From the NCBI GenBank assembly GCA_963675495.1, contig OY776215.1, positions 1,088,001-1,152,000 of the forward strand: a stretch of DNA of 64,000 bases, written 5' to 3'. The notes under the pieces are model-generated. The model made no database searches. It had not been told where the DNA came from and saw only the letters and a program-made list of their open reading frames with translations. The position numbers and the translations under genes are program-made. This DNA is from an uncultured Methanolobus sp. Lineage in GTDB: Archaea; Halobacteriota; Methanosarcinia; Methanosarcinales; Methanosarcinaceae. Positions 32,198 to 43,218 of the stretch are shown here, in pieces (positions within the stretch are counted from its first letter, which is position 1; each line of letters starts with the position of its first letter).

Positions 32198-34795
32198 ATG
32201 ATTTCGAAAACTTTTAATAGATTATTCTATTTCTTAAAAAAACTTAGTTGGTGGGATAAAAACGTGATATTTGAAAAAATAAAAACAGACCTCATATTGA
32301 AAAACGATACTGATCATATTACACAATACCAACAAATGCAACTGGTACTTTCTGAACGAATACCTGTTAATGATCTGCCGGATGATAACAAAAAGGTCAA
32401 CAAAATCTTAAGCAAATTCCGGTCAGGCGTCTCCTTACTCGCAGGGAAAAAGGAAAATGACGGTAACGGCTGCCCCTACAGGTCAAAAGTTTCAAAAAAC
32501 AGCAAAACCATAACAATTGACTGCAATGAATGCGACCATGGATCCACATTTGAAGACGAACAATGCAGAAAGAACATATTCAATATCCTCCGGAAAGAAC
32601 CTGTCGCAGGAAGACTCACTCTTTCAAAACTCTATGAAAGGGACTATGAAGGAAAGTCCCTTGCAACAATATACCTTATGTCAGGCTTGAAAGACAAGCT
32701 GATATCTTATAAAAATTCAAAATTCGTACCTGAAACATGTGAGAGTAATGCGCAGTGCCGAAAAGAGCACGCAAGCATAATGAACATGATACTTGAATCA
32801 TCAGGAACTGATCCGCTTAAAACCTGTTACATAATTGATAAGCTAATTGAATACAACAAAGCAAAAGACCCGTTGTCCAATATACGGGACGAATGCGTGT
32901 TATGCAGGAGGAATTTCATAGAGATCCTCTGTGAAATGAACTCCGTTTCAAAAAGAATAACAAGGGGAATTGGCTCTGACAACTGCAGAGAATGCACAGG
33001 AGAATTCGGTGCACAATACAGAGTTGAGTATGAAAAACACCTAAGGTCCTACGTAAGGCCTCCTTTTTCCACATCCAGGATCTACACAGAACCACCGGAC
33101 AATACAATATTCCAGGAATGTTACGACATCAGTTATCAGGATGAGAGACAACTGCCTGTGAACATATACCAGCTAGCGGACCGTCCTGAGAAAATGTACA
33201 TCATCAACCCAATGGAATACTCCCTTGAAGAAAAGGAACTCAAACTGATAGAGAGAGTAAGGAAGAAGATGATAATGCACAGGCCTGTGGACTTGCAGTT
33301 TGCCGACCCGGCTAGCTCAAGGGAATACTTCCGCAGGCTCAGCAAACAGCTCTTGCTCGAAGAGAAGGATGTTGACGATATAATCTGCAACCCTGCAAAG
33401 ATGAATATCTGCAGTGACCTGCTTACGAAATATACTACCGGACTCGGGATACTTGAAGACCTGCTTTCAGATGAACGTGTCACTGATGTCTATGTAAATG
33501 CACCGGCAGACCGAAATCCGGTTCATGTGGTTCTGGACGGCGAGGAATGTGTAACTAACATCTATCTCTCCCAGGAAGATATGGAATCCATGGTCTCAAG
33601 ACTTCGTTCCATTAGCGGACGTCCTTTTGGAGAAGCAACTCCTGTACTTGAGATGTTCCTCAGGGACTATGGAGTACGTGTTTCGGTCATTGGTGACCCA
33701 CTTAGTGCAAAAGGGATCGCTTATGCATTCAGGAAACATGCAAAAGACCCATGGACACTCCCAAAACTCATCAATAACGGTTCCATCTCAGCACTTACCG
33801 CAGGCCTTCTCAGTTTTATCATGGACGGACAGGCTTCTGTCCTTGTTGCAGGGGGTGTCGGAGCCGGAAAGACCTCACTCATGTGTGCCTTGCTAATGGA
33901 AATGCCACAAAAATACCGCATGATAACCATTGAAGATACCCCTGAGATACCTGTTGAACAGTTTCAGGAAATGGGCTGGAAAGTCCAGGGGCTTAACTCG
34001 CAATCTGCCATAATGAAGTACGGCGTTGAGATAGAGCCAACTGTAGCACTACGGGCATCCCTGAGACTTGGTAGCTCATCCCTCATTATGGGAGAAGTAA
34101 GGGGACCAGAGGTAGCCGCCCTGTATGAAGCCATGCAGGTAGGTGCCACCGGGAACTCAGTAATAGGAACCATACACGGCTCATCCACAGATGCAGTCTA
34201 CGAAAGAATAGTAAATACACTTGGAGTTCCACCTGCATCCTTCAAGGCAACTGATGCCGTCATTGTCTGCGCCAATACCAGAATAGCAGGAAGTATGACA
34301 ATGAAACGACGGGTCATGCAGGTTGCTGAGGTCAACGAGAAATGGGAAGATAATCCAGGCAAGGTTTTCTCGGATATACTTACCTACAGTGCTTTAGATG
34401 ACCATCTCAAACCATCTGACATAATGGACAGGGGGCAATCCGCACTTATCGGCAAGATTGCAGACAAATGGGGTATTTCCATGGATGAGGCTTCCCTCAA
34501 CATACGCATGCGAGCCCAAATAAAATCCAGGATTGCAGAGTACGGCAAAGAAGACCACCGTCTGCTTGAAGCAAGGAACGTGGCCATTGCAAACAACATG
34601 TTCTGGTTGCTGATGGATAGGGAGATCACAGAACCTGACGGCACTGATTATCAAAGAGTCTATGAGCGCTGGCTGGACTGGTTCAATGATTTTGCCGGGA
34701 AAACTGAAGAACACGCTGCAATCACAGGTGAAGGACAGCAAACTGTAGGGCAAATTGAACACTATATCTGCGCAGGTGATCAGGCTGTACAATGA
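32198..34795 (+). CDS. Type II/IV secretion (VirB11/TadA-like) ATPase with long Cys-rich N-terminus
   Basis: Walker A GGVGAGKT, TIEDTPE, MGEVRG, GTIHG. Confidence 0.92.
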   Translation: MISKTFNRLFYFLKKLSWWDKNVIFEKIKTDLILKNDTDHITQYQQMQLVLSERIPVNDLPDDNKKVNKILSKFRSGVSLLAGKKENDGNGCPYRSKVSKNSKTITIDCNECDHGSTFEDEQCRKNIFNILRKEPVAGRLTLSKLYERDYEGKSLATIYLMSGLKDKLISYKNSKFVPETCESNAQCRKEHASIMNMILESSGTDPLKTCYIIDKLIEYNKAKDPLSNIRDECVLCRRNFIEILCEMNSVSKRITRGIGSDNCRECTGEFGAQYRVEYEKHLRSYVRPPFSTSRIYTEPPDNTIFQECYDISYQDERQLPVNIYQLADRPEKMYIINPMEYSLEEKELKLIERVRKKMIMHRPVDLQFADPASSREYFRRLSKQLLLEEKDVDDIICNPAKMNICSDLLTKYTTGLGILEDLLSDERVTDVYVNAPADRNPVHVVLDGEECVTNIYLSQEDMESMVSRLRSISGRPFGEATPVLEMFLRDYGVRVSVIGDPLSAKGIAYAFRKHAKDPWTLPKLINNGSISALTAGLLSFIMDGQASVLVAGGVGAGKTSLMCALLMEMPQKYRMITIEDTPEIPVEQFQEMGWKVQGLNSQSAIMKYGVEIEPTVALRASLRLGSSSLIMGEVRGPEVAALYEAMQVGATGNSVIGTIHGSSTDAVYERIVNTLGVPPASFKATDAVIVCANTRIAGSMTMKRRVMQVAEVNEKWEDNPGKVFSDILTYSALDDHLKPSDIMDRGQSALIGKIADKWGISMDEASLNIRMRAQIKSRIAEYGKEDHRLLEARNVAIANNMFWLLMDREITEPDGTDYQRVYERWLDWFNDFAGKTEEHAAITGEGQQTVGQIEHYICAGDQAVQ

Positions 34796-36722
34796 AAACT
34801 GGTATTACCATAGCTGCAAGTTCACTTCTGCAAACTTCAGATGGCTTGTAAAGGATTTCGATGTTTTTCGCCAGAGGTCAGATAATGCTACCAGTGAGAG
34901 CTACCGCAATGCCATGGTATACACAGGATTGGGACTCGAAGCTCATGAGACCGTGCTTCTTTCCTATGTGACTGCTGCTTTTGCATTGATAGGAATACTT
35001 ATTTTTGACTTTTTCCTTTTCAGGGTCACTAACTTTGAAACATCTACCCTTATGGCCGTTGTTTTGCTGAGCCTGCTATTTCCACTGGCAGTGCTACTCT
35101 ACATGAGCGAGTACATCAAGATACATGCAAAATGGATGAAAGTAAGCTCGCTTGGCGATATGCCTGAGATAATCAGCTACATTGTGATGTCAATGAAACT
35201 GGTGCCAAATATGGAGGTAGCCATTCGTTTTGCAGCCAGCAACTCCAGCAGGCCTCTTGCAAAGGACCTGAAAAAGATGATATGGAACCTGCATGTGAGA
35301 GAATACAGAGGAATTGATGATGCTATACTGGAATTTTCCAATCTCTGGGGAAAGGACAGCGAGTATTTCAAAAGGGCATTGCATCTCATCAAAAGTTCCA
35401 CAAGTGAGCCAGATGAGGCACAGAGAGTTATCACACTTAACCGGTCACTTGATCTGGTGCTTGAAAGTACACGTAACCTAATGGATAGTTTTGCTTCTAA
35501 ACTGAAGACACCTACATACGTGCTTTACTCCATATTCATCCTGATACCACTTGCGCTTGTAGCCCTGATGCCTGCGATAACCGTGGTGGGCATACGCTTT
35601 GGAATTGGAACTCTGGTTATTGTATATGATGTGGTCCTACCCTTGCTAACCTTCGCATATGCAGAATACATACTGATGCAACGACCTGCTGCATTCATTC
35701 CGCAGGACATACCTAAAAGCCACCCGGAACTCGTTGATATAAAAAATAGAAAAAGATACGCTCTTCTGCTTTCCTCAACGATAGGTATTGTAATATCTTT
35801 ACTTGGATACATTTTGATCTACAGGGGAAATCCCTGGAACATAGTATCAACAGCAACCCTGGATGGAATTATTCCACCCACGCTTTTCATAATCTGGGGT
35901 ATTGTGTTTGCGGTTTCCGTTTACCTGAATATTAGCTATGCACCCTACAAAAAGATACGAGATGAAATACGCAGAATGGAAAATGAGTTCTCAGATGCCC
36001 TGTTTGTCCTTGGCAGGAGGATATCAGAAGGCAGGTCTGCCGAAGAAGCATTTATTCACACAGCAGCTACAATGCGTGGTTCAGACATAGCAACTGCCTT
36101 TGAAAGGATATCGTTGAACCTGATGAACATGCGAACAGATATCCATTCCGCAATATTCGACGAGGATTTTGGAGCATTCAAGGACATCTATTCAGAGAGG
36201 ATCAAGACCACAATGATGCTGTTCATTGAAAGTGCCCACAAGAGTCATGTGGTAGCAGGTGTTGCTATTGTCAAGCTTGCAGACCACCTCAAGGAACTTC
36301 AGGATGTGGAACTGAACATAAAACAGTCACTCTATGATATGACCTCAACCATGCGTACGACTGCTGCGGTCTTTGCACCCCTTATAGCAGGAGTTACCAT
36401 TGCCCTTTCCGAAGTGATAGCAAAGATCCTCCAGAACATATCAGACAGCATAAACCGTCTGCCTGAAAATGCATTCCCAGGTCCTGCTCAAATATCCCCT
36501 GAGAACCTGAACCAGTCCATACCTTCTGATCTTTTCATGTTCGCCATTGGAATATATATCATATTCATAACGGTCATACTAATTCGTTTTTCAGGCACTA
36601 TTGAGTATGGAGGAGATAAGGCACAACTGCGATACGAGATAGGGCAGATCCTGCCAGTTACCATAATAGTCTTCACCGTTTCAACCATATTTTCAAGGGT
36701 TATTTTTGGAGGAATGATATGA
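34785..36722 (+). CDS. TadB/TadC-like (T2SS F-type) multi-pass platform protein
   Basis: Two repeated cytoplasmic-plus-TM modules; overlaps the ATPase stop; AGGTGA SD points to CTG 34785 (alternative TTG 34755). Confidence 0.8.
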   Translation: MYNENWYYHSCKFTSANFRWLVKDFDVFRQRSDNATSESYRNAMVYTGLGLEAHETVLLSYVTAAFALIGILIFDFFLFRVTNFETSTLMAVVLLSLLFPLAVLLYMSEYIKIHAKWMKVSSLGDMPEIISYIVMSMKLVPNMEVAIRFAASNSSRPLAKDLKKMIWNLHVREYRGIDDAILEFSNLWGKDSEYFKRALHLIKSSTSEPDEAQRVITLNRSLDLVLESTRNLMDSFASKLKTPTYVLYSIFILIPLALVALMPAITVVGIRFGIGTLVIVYDVVLPLLTFAYAEYILMQRPAAFIPQDIPKSHPELVDIKNRKRYALLLSSTIGIVISLLGYILIYRGNPWNIVSTATLDGIIPPTLFIIWGIVFAVSVYLNISYAPYKKIRDEIRRMENEFSDALFVLGRRISEGRSAEEAFIHTAATMRGSDIATAFERISLNLMNMRTDIHSAIFDEDFGAFKDIYSERIKTTMMLFIESAHKSHVVAGVAIVKLADHLKELQDVELNIKQSLYDMTSTMRTTAAVFAPLIAGVTIALSEVIAKILQNISDSINRLPENAFPGPAQISPENLNQSIPSDLFMFAIGIYIIFITVILIRFSGTIEYGGDKAQLRYEIGQILPVTIIVFTVSTIFSRVIFGGMI

Positions 36723-36780
36723 GGAGTAACTGCCGCAAGATTAAAGGTTCCATAATGCCTTTTTTATAGAGGTGTATCCT

Positions 36781-37344
36781 ATGAAAAAATCAATTGGAGC
36801 AAAATCCTTAGCCTACCCAACACCTGCATGGGTCGTTGGAAGCTATGACATGTTTGGAAATGCAAATGCAATGACTGCGGCCTGGGGAGGAATCTGCTGC
36901 TCAGAACCACCGTGCATTAGCGTATCCATGCGCAAGGCCACTTACACTTATGCCAATATAATGGAAAAAGAAGCTTTCACCGTAAACATTCCTTCTGAGA
37001 AATACGTGAAGGAAACAGATTACTTTGGCATGGCAAGCGGAAAAGATGTGGACAAGTTCGAAAAGATGGGACTTACAGCTGTAAAGAGCGAGCTCGTGTA
37101 TGCACCCTACGTAGAAGAATTCCCCATTGTCCTTGAATGTAAACTGGTGCAGAGCTTTGAGCTGGGACTTCACACACAATTCATAGGGGAGATCGTGGAC
37201 ATAAAAGCAGATGATTCAGTATTGGATGAAAAAGGAAATCCTGAAATCCAAAAAATAAAACCGATAATCTACTCACCTGAAAGGAATTACTACGGTATTG
37301 GCAAGTTACTCGGCAAGGCATTTTCCATCGGAATGGAAGAATAA
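36781..37344 (+). CDS. Flavoredoxin (flavin reductase family)
   Basis: [42 protein letters not shown]. Confidence 0.93.
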   Translation: MKKSIGAKSLAYPTPAWVVGSYDMFGNANAMTAAWGGICCSEPPCISVSMRKATYTYANIMEKEAFTVNIPSEKYVKETDYFGMASGKDVDKFEKMGLTAVKSELVYAPYVEEFPIVLECKLVQSFELGLHTQFIGEIVDIKADDSVLDEKGNPEIQKIKPIIYSPERNYYGIGKLLGKAFSIGMEE

Positions 37345-37369
37345 TTGCGAAACTATGGAATGGCACGTT

Positions 37370-37555
37370 TCATTCCATATATACCAATGCCTTGTTCGGA
37401 CATATTTTTACGCATTTCATACAGAGGTCACACTTATCGTGATCCACGTTGGTAAAACCATTGATCCTGTAAAGTGCTCCATTGGGACAAATGTTCTCAC
37501 ACCTCCCACATTTCCTGCATCCAATGGATACAATAAAGCCTTCACGCTCTTCCAT
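37370..37555 (-). CDS. 2x[4Fe-4S] ferredoxin
   Basis: CRKCGRCENICP and CDLCMKCVKICP. Confidence 0.9.
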   Translation of the reverse strand: MEEREGFIVSIGCRKCGRCENICPNGALYRINGFTNVDHDKCDLCMKCVKICPNKALVYME

Positions 37556-37646
37556 CAGAATTAATTATTGCTTGGATTCTAAATAAGAGTTAGGATATGA
37601 GGGTATAAAAATAACCTTATATACCTGCAGGTTATAGGAAGCCTGA

Positions 37647-38702
37647 ATGAGTAAACTTATCCCGGGAGAATCAGGTTCATTCTCTTCTTTTCTATCAGAT
37701 GGATGCAAGCTCTGCCAGCAAGGAGCAAAGATGGTCCTTTTTGTAACAGGAGTATGCCCGAAAGATTGTTTTTATTGCCCTGTATCGGACGAGAGGCGTA
37801 CTGACGATACTTATGCCAATGAAAGGAAGGTCCATTCTGACCAGGATGTCCTTGAAGAAGCGAGACAGATGGATGCACTCGGGACAGGGATTACCGGAGG
37901 GGAGCCTCTTTTAAAAATGGACAGAGTTATCCATTATATTGAACTCCTGAAAAAAGAGTTCGGCTCTAAACATCATATACACATGTATACATCCATTGCC
38001 CCTGACAGGGAAATGCTAAATGAGCTATCTCAGGCAGGCCTGGATGAGATAAGGTTCCATCCCCCTGTGGAGCTGTGGGGCAAGATGGATGACACCAGCT
38101 ACGCCGATTCAATAAACTTTGCAAAAGAACTGGGAATGGAAGCAGGAATAGAGATACCCTCTATTGAAGGTGCTGACAAATTATCACTTTTTACAGAGAG
38201 GGTCGGATGCTTCCTTAATCTAAATGAACTGGAGTTCTCCGACACAAATACTGATGCAATGAAAGCAAAAGGTTATACGCTCAGAGATGATGTATCAAAT
38301 GCAGTTATTGGTTCTGAGGAATATGCAACTGAAGTCGCCCAAAATTGTGAAATGATACATTTCTGTTCATCAAGTTACAAAGATGCGGTTCAGCTTCGAA
38401 AAAGGCTTATACGCATTGCCGAGAACACCGCAAGGCCCTTTGATGAGATAAGTGAGGATGGCACTATATATTATGGGCATATTGAATGTGTTACAAGTGA
38501 TGAACTTAAAATTGTAAATAATGAACTATTGCAGATGGAAGTACCTCATGAAATGATGGAAACCGCTGCAGATGGAATTGATATTGCCTGGTGGATACTG
38601 GAAGATGTTGCAGAATCGATCAGGACCCCGATAAGAAAATTGTACATTCTTGAAAGATATCCTCTTAAAGATGGACTAATTGTTGAGAAGATACCCTTGT
38701 AA
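37647..38702 (+). CDS. Conserved archaeal radical SAM protein
   Basis: CPKDCFYC, ITGGEP, LDEIRFHP, NLNELEFS. Confidence 0.92.
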   Translation: MSKLIPGESGSFSSFLSDGCKLCQQGAKMVLFVTGVCPKDCFYCPVSDERRTDDTYANERKVHSDQDVLEEARQMDALGTGITGGEPLLKMDRVIHYIELLKKEFGSKHHIHMYTSIAPDREMLNELSQAGLDEIRFHPPVELWGKMDDTSYADSINFAKELGMEAGIEIPSIEGADKLSLFTERVGCFLNLNELEFSDTNTDAMKAKGYTLRDDVSNAVIGSEEYATEVAQNCEMIHFCSSSYKDAVQLRKRLIRIAENTARPFDEISEDGTIYYGHIECVTSDELKIVNNELLQMEVPHEMMETAADGIDIAWWILEDVAESIRTPIRKLYILERYPLKDGLIVEKIPL

Positions 38703-38829
38703 AAGCTAAAATATATAAGGGAGAATGATATAGATGGTACAATTCCCATATCCAATAAGGATTTTAAGGCTATTTCAAATAAATAGTTTTATAAGATAAA
38801 ATAACATATTGAAGAAAGAGGTGTTTGTA

Positions 38830-39132
38830 CTGGAAACGATTGAAGAGCGAGTAAGAGAAAGGCTAATAAAATATCTTAGTCGCGATGATACTGGTATACG
38901 AAAAGTAGTACTGAAATTGTTCCTTAATGGTGGTAAGTTCACTACAGGTGACGTGTACGAGCATCTTCATAATACGGATTTTGATGTGAGTTACAGAGGC
39001 GTATCCGCTATGGTTGGTCTCATGAATACAAGACTGGGAATCCTGAGTATCGATGTTACCGGAGACCACAATATATACCTGCTAAAGGAAGATTACAGGG
39101 ATATTGTACGAACCGTCCTCGATAATTACTAA
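38830..39132 (+). CDS. DUF2551-like small winged-helix protein
   Basis: RDDTGIRK...VSAMVGLMNTRLGIL; GAGGTG SD points to CTG 38830 (alternative TTG 38809). Confidence 0.8.
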   Translation: METIEERVRERLIKYLSRDDTGIRKVVLKLFLNGGKFTTGDVYEHLHNTDFDVSYRGVSAMVGLMNTRLGILSIDVTGDHNIYLLKEDYRDIVRTVLDNY

Positions 39133-39206
39133 CATAAACTCTCTACTTTTCCATTTTGAAAGATTTCAAGCTAAAAACGTAATTAAATCTCAGTTAAAAC
39201 ACGGGA

Positions 39207-40088
39207 GTGTCACTCATACTAAGAAGTATACCCCGAATAGTATACAAAGGATATGAACGCCTGCTTACGCAGGAAGTTCAAAATGAAGATGTCCCACGAC
39301 ACGTAGCCATTATTATGGACGGGAACCGTAGGTATGCGCGTAAGCTCGGCCAGATCAGTTCTTTCGGACACAGCCGGGGAGCAGAGGTTACTGAAAATGT
39401 AATGGAATGGGCCTGTGAAATAGGAGTGGAACACCTGACCATCTACGCTTTTTCAACTGAGAATTTTAACAGGTCTGACGATGAGAAGGATAAACTCTTT
39501 GACCTTATCAGGATCAAATTCGATGAGATAGTCGTCGACGAAAGAACGCATGAAAGAAAGATGAGAGTTTATGCCATTGGAGATATCGAGAAATTACCTG
39601 AGTCGCTCCGCGATTCCATCAAGAATGTTGAACTTGTAACATCAGTATATGATAAATTCAATCTCAATGTTGCAATAGCATACGGCGGCAGACAGGAAAT
39701 TGTTCAGGCAGTACAGGAAATCGCTACTAAGGTCCAGACCGGTGAACTGGAACCTGAAGATATTAATGAAGACACAATATCTAACCATCTTTATCCATCA
39801 AGCGGCTCAGCACTGCCTGATGTGGACCTGGTCATACGCACAGGCGGGGATGAACGAGTATCCAATTTCCTCCCATGGCAGGCTAATGGAAGCGAATGTG
39901 CAGCATACTTCTGCGCACCATTCTGGCCGGAGTTCCGTAAGATAGATTTCCTTCGCTCCATACGCGTCTATCAGGCTCGTGTGAGAGAGAGACACCAGCA
40001 TACAACTACCCGTGCCGCACACTTTTTAAAAGCCCTTGGAAAGGCTGAAATTGAAGAAGTAAGGCATCATTCTAAAGTCAAGAACTAA
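39207..40088 (+). CDS. uppS: cis-prenyltransferase (polyprenyl diphosphate synthase)
   Basis: HVAIIMDGNRR, YAFSTENFNR, YGGRQEI, IRTGGDERVSNFLPWQ. Confidence 0.97.
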   Translation: MSLILRSIPRIVYKGYERLLTQEVQNEDVPRHVAIIMDGNRRYARKLGQISSFGHSRGAEVTENVMEWACEIGVEHLTIYAFSTENFNRSDDEKDKLFDLIRIKFDEIVVDERTHERKMRVYAIGDIEKLPESLRDSIKNVELVTSVYDKFNLNVAIAYGGRQEIVQAVQEIATKVQTGELEPEDINEDTISNHLYPSSGSALPDVDLVIRTGGDERVSNFLPWQANGSECAAYFCAPFWPEFRKIDFLRSIRVYQARVRERHQHTTTRAAHFLKALGKAEIEEVRHHSKVKN

Positions 40089-40276
40089 AGTGTCTTTTGC
40101 CTGTTCTTTCTTATAAGTATGCTGTCTGATCGGAATAAGGTGTTGATCGAAACCGGGAGCTGTACCCCCGGGTTAAAATGTTCAGGAGCTAAAAGATTAC
40201 TGAAGATGTTCAGGATTGAATGAATAAGAAGATTGCTCACAAGAAGCAATCTGTTATGCGGAATATAACTTTCAAT

Positions 40277-41140
40277 TCAGAACAGTTCGTCCACACATTC
40301 CTTGAAATCACGATAAGTGCGGGTATCTGTGATATTCTGGGGACCTGTAGCAAATGCTTCCAGCATTGAGCGATAGTACCATTGCTGTTCTTCCCTAGGT
40401 GCATTGAACTTGTCCCAGAACCCTTCTCCTTCAATCCTTATATCACTGATAAGGTCTCTGATATTGGCAAGTTTGTCTGCACATGAGAGGAGTTTTATCT
40501 CGCTGTTTGCCCTACCCATCTTTCTGATGGTGTATTCCTTTCGTTCTTTCCAGTTTTGTGTCTTATCGCCAGTCACAGGCTGTCTTAACTCTTCAGGTTC
40601 GGTGACAGCGTCCACGTAATCAGCAACTGACTGGCCATATTTACTTAATATTGTTGCAATATCAACGTCAGTATCTTCAACGATATCATGTAGCAATCCT
40701 GCTATAACAAGTTCGTACGATGCATTTTCTTTGAGAAGGATGGATGCTACATCCATTGGATGTGATATATATGGAGTACCTGACTTCCTTATACCGCTCT
40801 TGTGTTCATTAATGGTGAACGCAAATACATCAGCAAGTTCCGGCAGGCCTTTTCCCTTTTCTTTATCGAATTTTTCCTGGAGATCATCTAACTGAATCCT
40901 GTAGTTTGACAGCCTCACATGTTCGTAAACAGTTAATTCGCCATCTATTTCAGTCATTATCATTCTGTAAGGATCACTTAGCCAGATTCTCCGGGAAGGT
41001 TCCTCGGACAGGAAATCCAGATAGCTGAATAGTTCGGGTGTTTCTATAGGTTCGGAAACACTGAGCGTATGAATGGTAACTCCATTTCCTTTTTTTTCAG
41101 TGCTGGTGGAATGCTGGCTGATAAGCTCTCGTATTTTCAT
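40277..41140 (-). CDS. HD-domain protein, Mesh1/SpoT-hydrolase-like, with about 95-aa N-terminal extension
   Basis: H...RKSGTPYISHP, AGLLHDIVEDT, VDAVTE, WKERK, ADKLANIRD. Confidence 0.88.
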   Translation of the reverse strand: MKIRELISQHSTSTEKKGNGVTIHTLSVSEPIETPELFSYLDFLSEEPSRRIWLSDPYRMIMTEIDGELTVYEHVRLSNYRIQLDDLQEKFDKEKGKGLPELADVFAFTINEHKSGIRKSGTPYISHPMDVASILLKENASYELVIAGLLHDIVEDTDVDIATILSKYGQSVADYVDAVTEPEELRQPVTGDKTQNWKERKEYTIRKMGRANSEIKLLSCADKLANIRDLISDIRIEGEGFWDKFNAPREEQQWYYRSMLEAFATGPQNITDTRTYRDFKECVDELF

Positions 41141-41231
41141 GATGATAACTCCGTAATTAATGTGGAAATCTTAAATATTAACTTTACAGGTCTTTGCCTA
41201 TATGCTTTGCAGTTATTAGTATATCGCCTTA

Positions 41232-42101
41232 TCAAGAATGTTCAGAAAAGTAAACACCTGCAACTACAAAAACTGCCCCTGTTATTACATAGATATTTGG
41301 TAAATTACCAATTATTGCGCTATCTCCTATAATCGCTACAAATGGAATCAGGTAGAGAGCAGTAGTCGAGGTAGATGATCCTGCAAGATGTATAGCTTTG
41401 TTCCAGTAGAAAAATCCTAATGCTGAACAGAACGCACCAAGATAAATGAGAGCAGCGAGAATTATCAGAAAGTCATTTTGAGTGAATGAACCTATCTTTA
41501 GGGTCTGTGCTTCATAGAATACAAATGGAAGGAGAAAGACCATACCTGCTAATGTGAGATCCCGGGAAACAATAAGTAAGTTCCTTGAACTCATACGCTC
41601 TATGATCAAGGTATAAAATATCCATGAAAAGACCGATCCAAACATAAGGAAATCCCCCAGAGGATTCAGGTTAAGATTGTATTTTCCATTCAGTATAAGC
41701 AGACCTACTCCAAAAAGAGCAATAAATGCACCAAAATATTTTTTCGGATTTGAGAGCTTCTTTCTGAGTACATCAACTGTCATAATAAAGAAAACAGGTA
41801 TTGTAGACCCGATCAGCGATGAATTGGTAGCTGTTGTGAATGTAAGTGCCACATTTTCAAACATGTAGTAACAGGTGATACCAAGAAAACCTGCAAGTAC
41901 GACATACCAAACCTCATTTTGGGCATAATTTTCCCGTTCCCTGGAAATAGCTAACAGGAGAATGGCCGCAATCAGGAAACGAGCAAATGCAATGATTGCA
42001 GGATCGAGGTAATCAAGCAACACTTTTGTGGCAACGAAGGAAAAACCCCACATTACAGCAACTATCAGTAAGTAAAGTATTCCTTTTTTTCGATCATCCA
42101 T
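41232..42101 (-). CDS. DMT/EamA family transporter
   Basis: WGFSFVATK, AFARF, ten TM segments. Confidence 0.92.
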   Translation of the reverse strand: MDDRKKGILYLLIVAVMWGFSFVATKVLLDYLDPAIIAFARFLIAAILLLAISRERENYAQNEVWYVVLAGFLGITCYYMFENVALTFTTATNSSLIGSTIPVFFIMTVDVLRKKLSNPKKYFGAFIALFGVGLLILNGKYNLNLNPLGDFLMFGSVFSWIFYTLIIERMSSRNLLIVSRDLTLAGMVFLLPFVFYEAQTLKIGSFTQNDFLIILAALIYLGAFCSALGFFYWNKAIHLAGSSTSTTALYLIPFVAIIGDSAIIGNLPNIYVITGAVFVVAGVYFSEHS

Positions 42102-42368
42102 TTTTCTTCATCTTCATGAATAGTAATATTAGAATTGCATTTGAGATGTTTGCACCTATATAGTTGTTTTGTAATATGCATCCATACAACTTCCAGCAAA
42201 TTTGAATGATGTAAGAGATGGAACGAAGGAAGAAAAGAAAGGAATTCAGAAACATTTGATACAGAGGAAGGATTTTGACATTAAAGGATCACAGAGAAAA
42301 TGTCTTAATGACATTCCCTCAATATTCCAGTGATTTCTATTATTAGTATCTATTTCTCTATATTTTAT

Positions 42369-42947
42369 TTACTCTGAATGTATCTTCTTCAGTAACCATG
42401 CCATGTTGGAGGCGAGATTACCCATGGTTTGCATACCTTCAGCGTCATCTGCGACATCCCCGGGATTCAGACCGATACCAAGGTTCCAGTAAGTTGAACC
42501 CACGGTGAACATATTGGTGATGCCGAACAGTTGATTGATGGAATTATAGGCACGTACTGCACCTGCCCTGCGAACTGCTACCACAGCAGCGCCAGCCTTC
42601 CTTGAAAAGAAACTATCGTTTGCAAGCGATACGAAACCTGCACGGTCTATGAGTGCTTTGGTCTCGGTGTTGACATCTGCAAAGTAAGTTGGCGAACCAA
42701 TCACAATACCGTCAGCTTCCTTCATTTTTGCAATGCATTCATTGATGCCGTCGTCATCAAAAACACATTTGCTGTTCTTATTCTCAAAGCACTTCATACA
42801 TGCTGTACATCCATGTATCTTCTTTCCACCAATGTTAATGGTTTCAGTCTCAATCCCTTCTGCTTCGAGTTTGGATGTGAGTTCTTTCAGCATGATTGCT
42901 GTGTTTCCTTCTTTACGTGGGCTTCCGTTTATTGCGACTACTTTCAT
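42369..42947 (-). CDS. Iron-sulfur flavoprotein (Isf/flavodoxin-like)
   Basis: INGSPRKEGNT, CTACMKC....KC, GSPTYF, IDR. Confidence 0.93.
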   Translation of the reverse strand: MKVVAINGSPRKEGNTAIMLKELTSKLEAEGIETETINIGGKKIHGCTACMKCFENKNSKCVFDDDGINECIAKMKEADGIVIGSPTYFADVNTETKALIDRAGFVSLANDSFFSRKAGAAVVAVRRAGAVRAYNSINQLFGITNMFTVGSTYWNLGIGLNPGDVADDAEGMQTMGNLASNMAWLLKKIHSE

Positions 42948-43083
42948 TTGCATACCTTCATTGTTTAAACAATACAGATCTAATGGATTGTCTTATATGA
43001 TTCAAAACACACTTAATGTACATATACCCCATACAGACCTACCACATAGTCACTAACAAAAAGTATACTGTCGTGAGATCATG
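42945..43083. promoter_or_regulatory. Copy A of duplicated divergent hxlR/isf promoter with putative HxlR operator (43046-43069)
   Basis: ATAGTCACTAACAAAAAGTATACT is the exact reverse complement of 46569-46592, and the flanks also align. Confidence 0.8.
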
Positions 43084-43218
43084 AAGGTTTTGCTGAAATT
43101 TGCTAAAACCTATGGCCTCAAATTTTATTAAAGAATGCTAATTTAAGACTGGAAACAAATTTGTATTGTCAACAATCTTTTGACGCACATATTTCATCAA
43201 AGAATAGACGGTGTGAAG

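Noticed and set aside
40119-40223. 34-codon ORF after uppS faintly like an XRE HTH C-terminus
   Set aside because: Too short, no SD, motif match unconvincing
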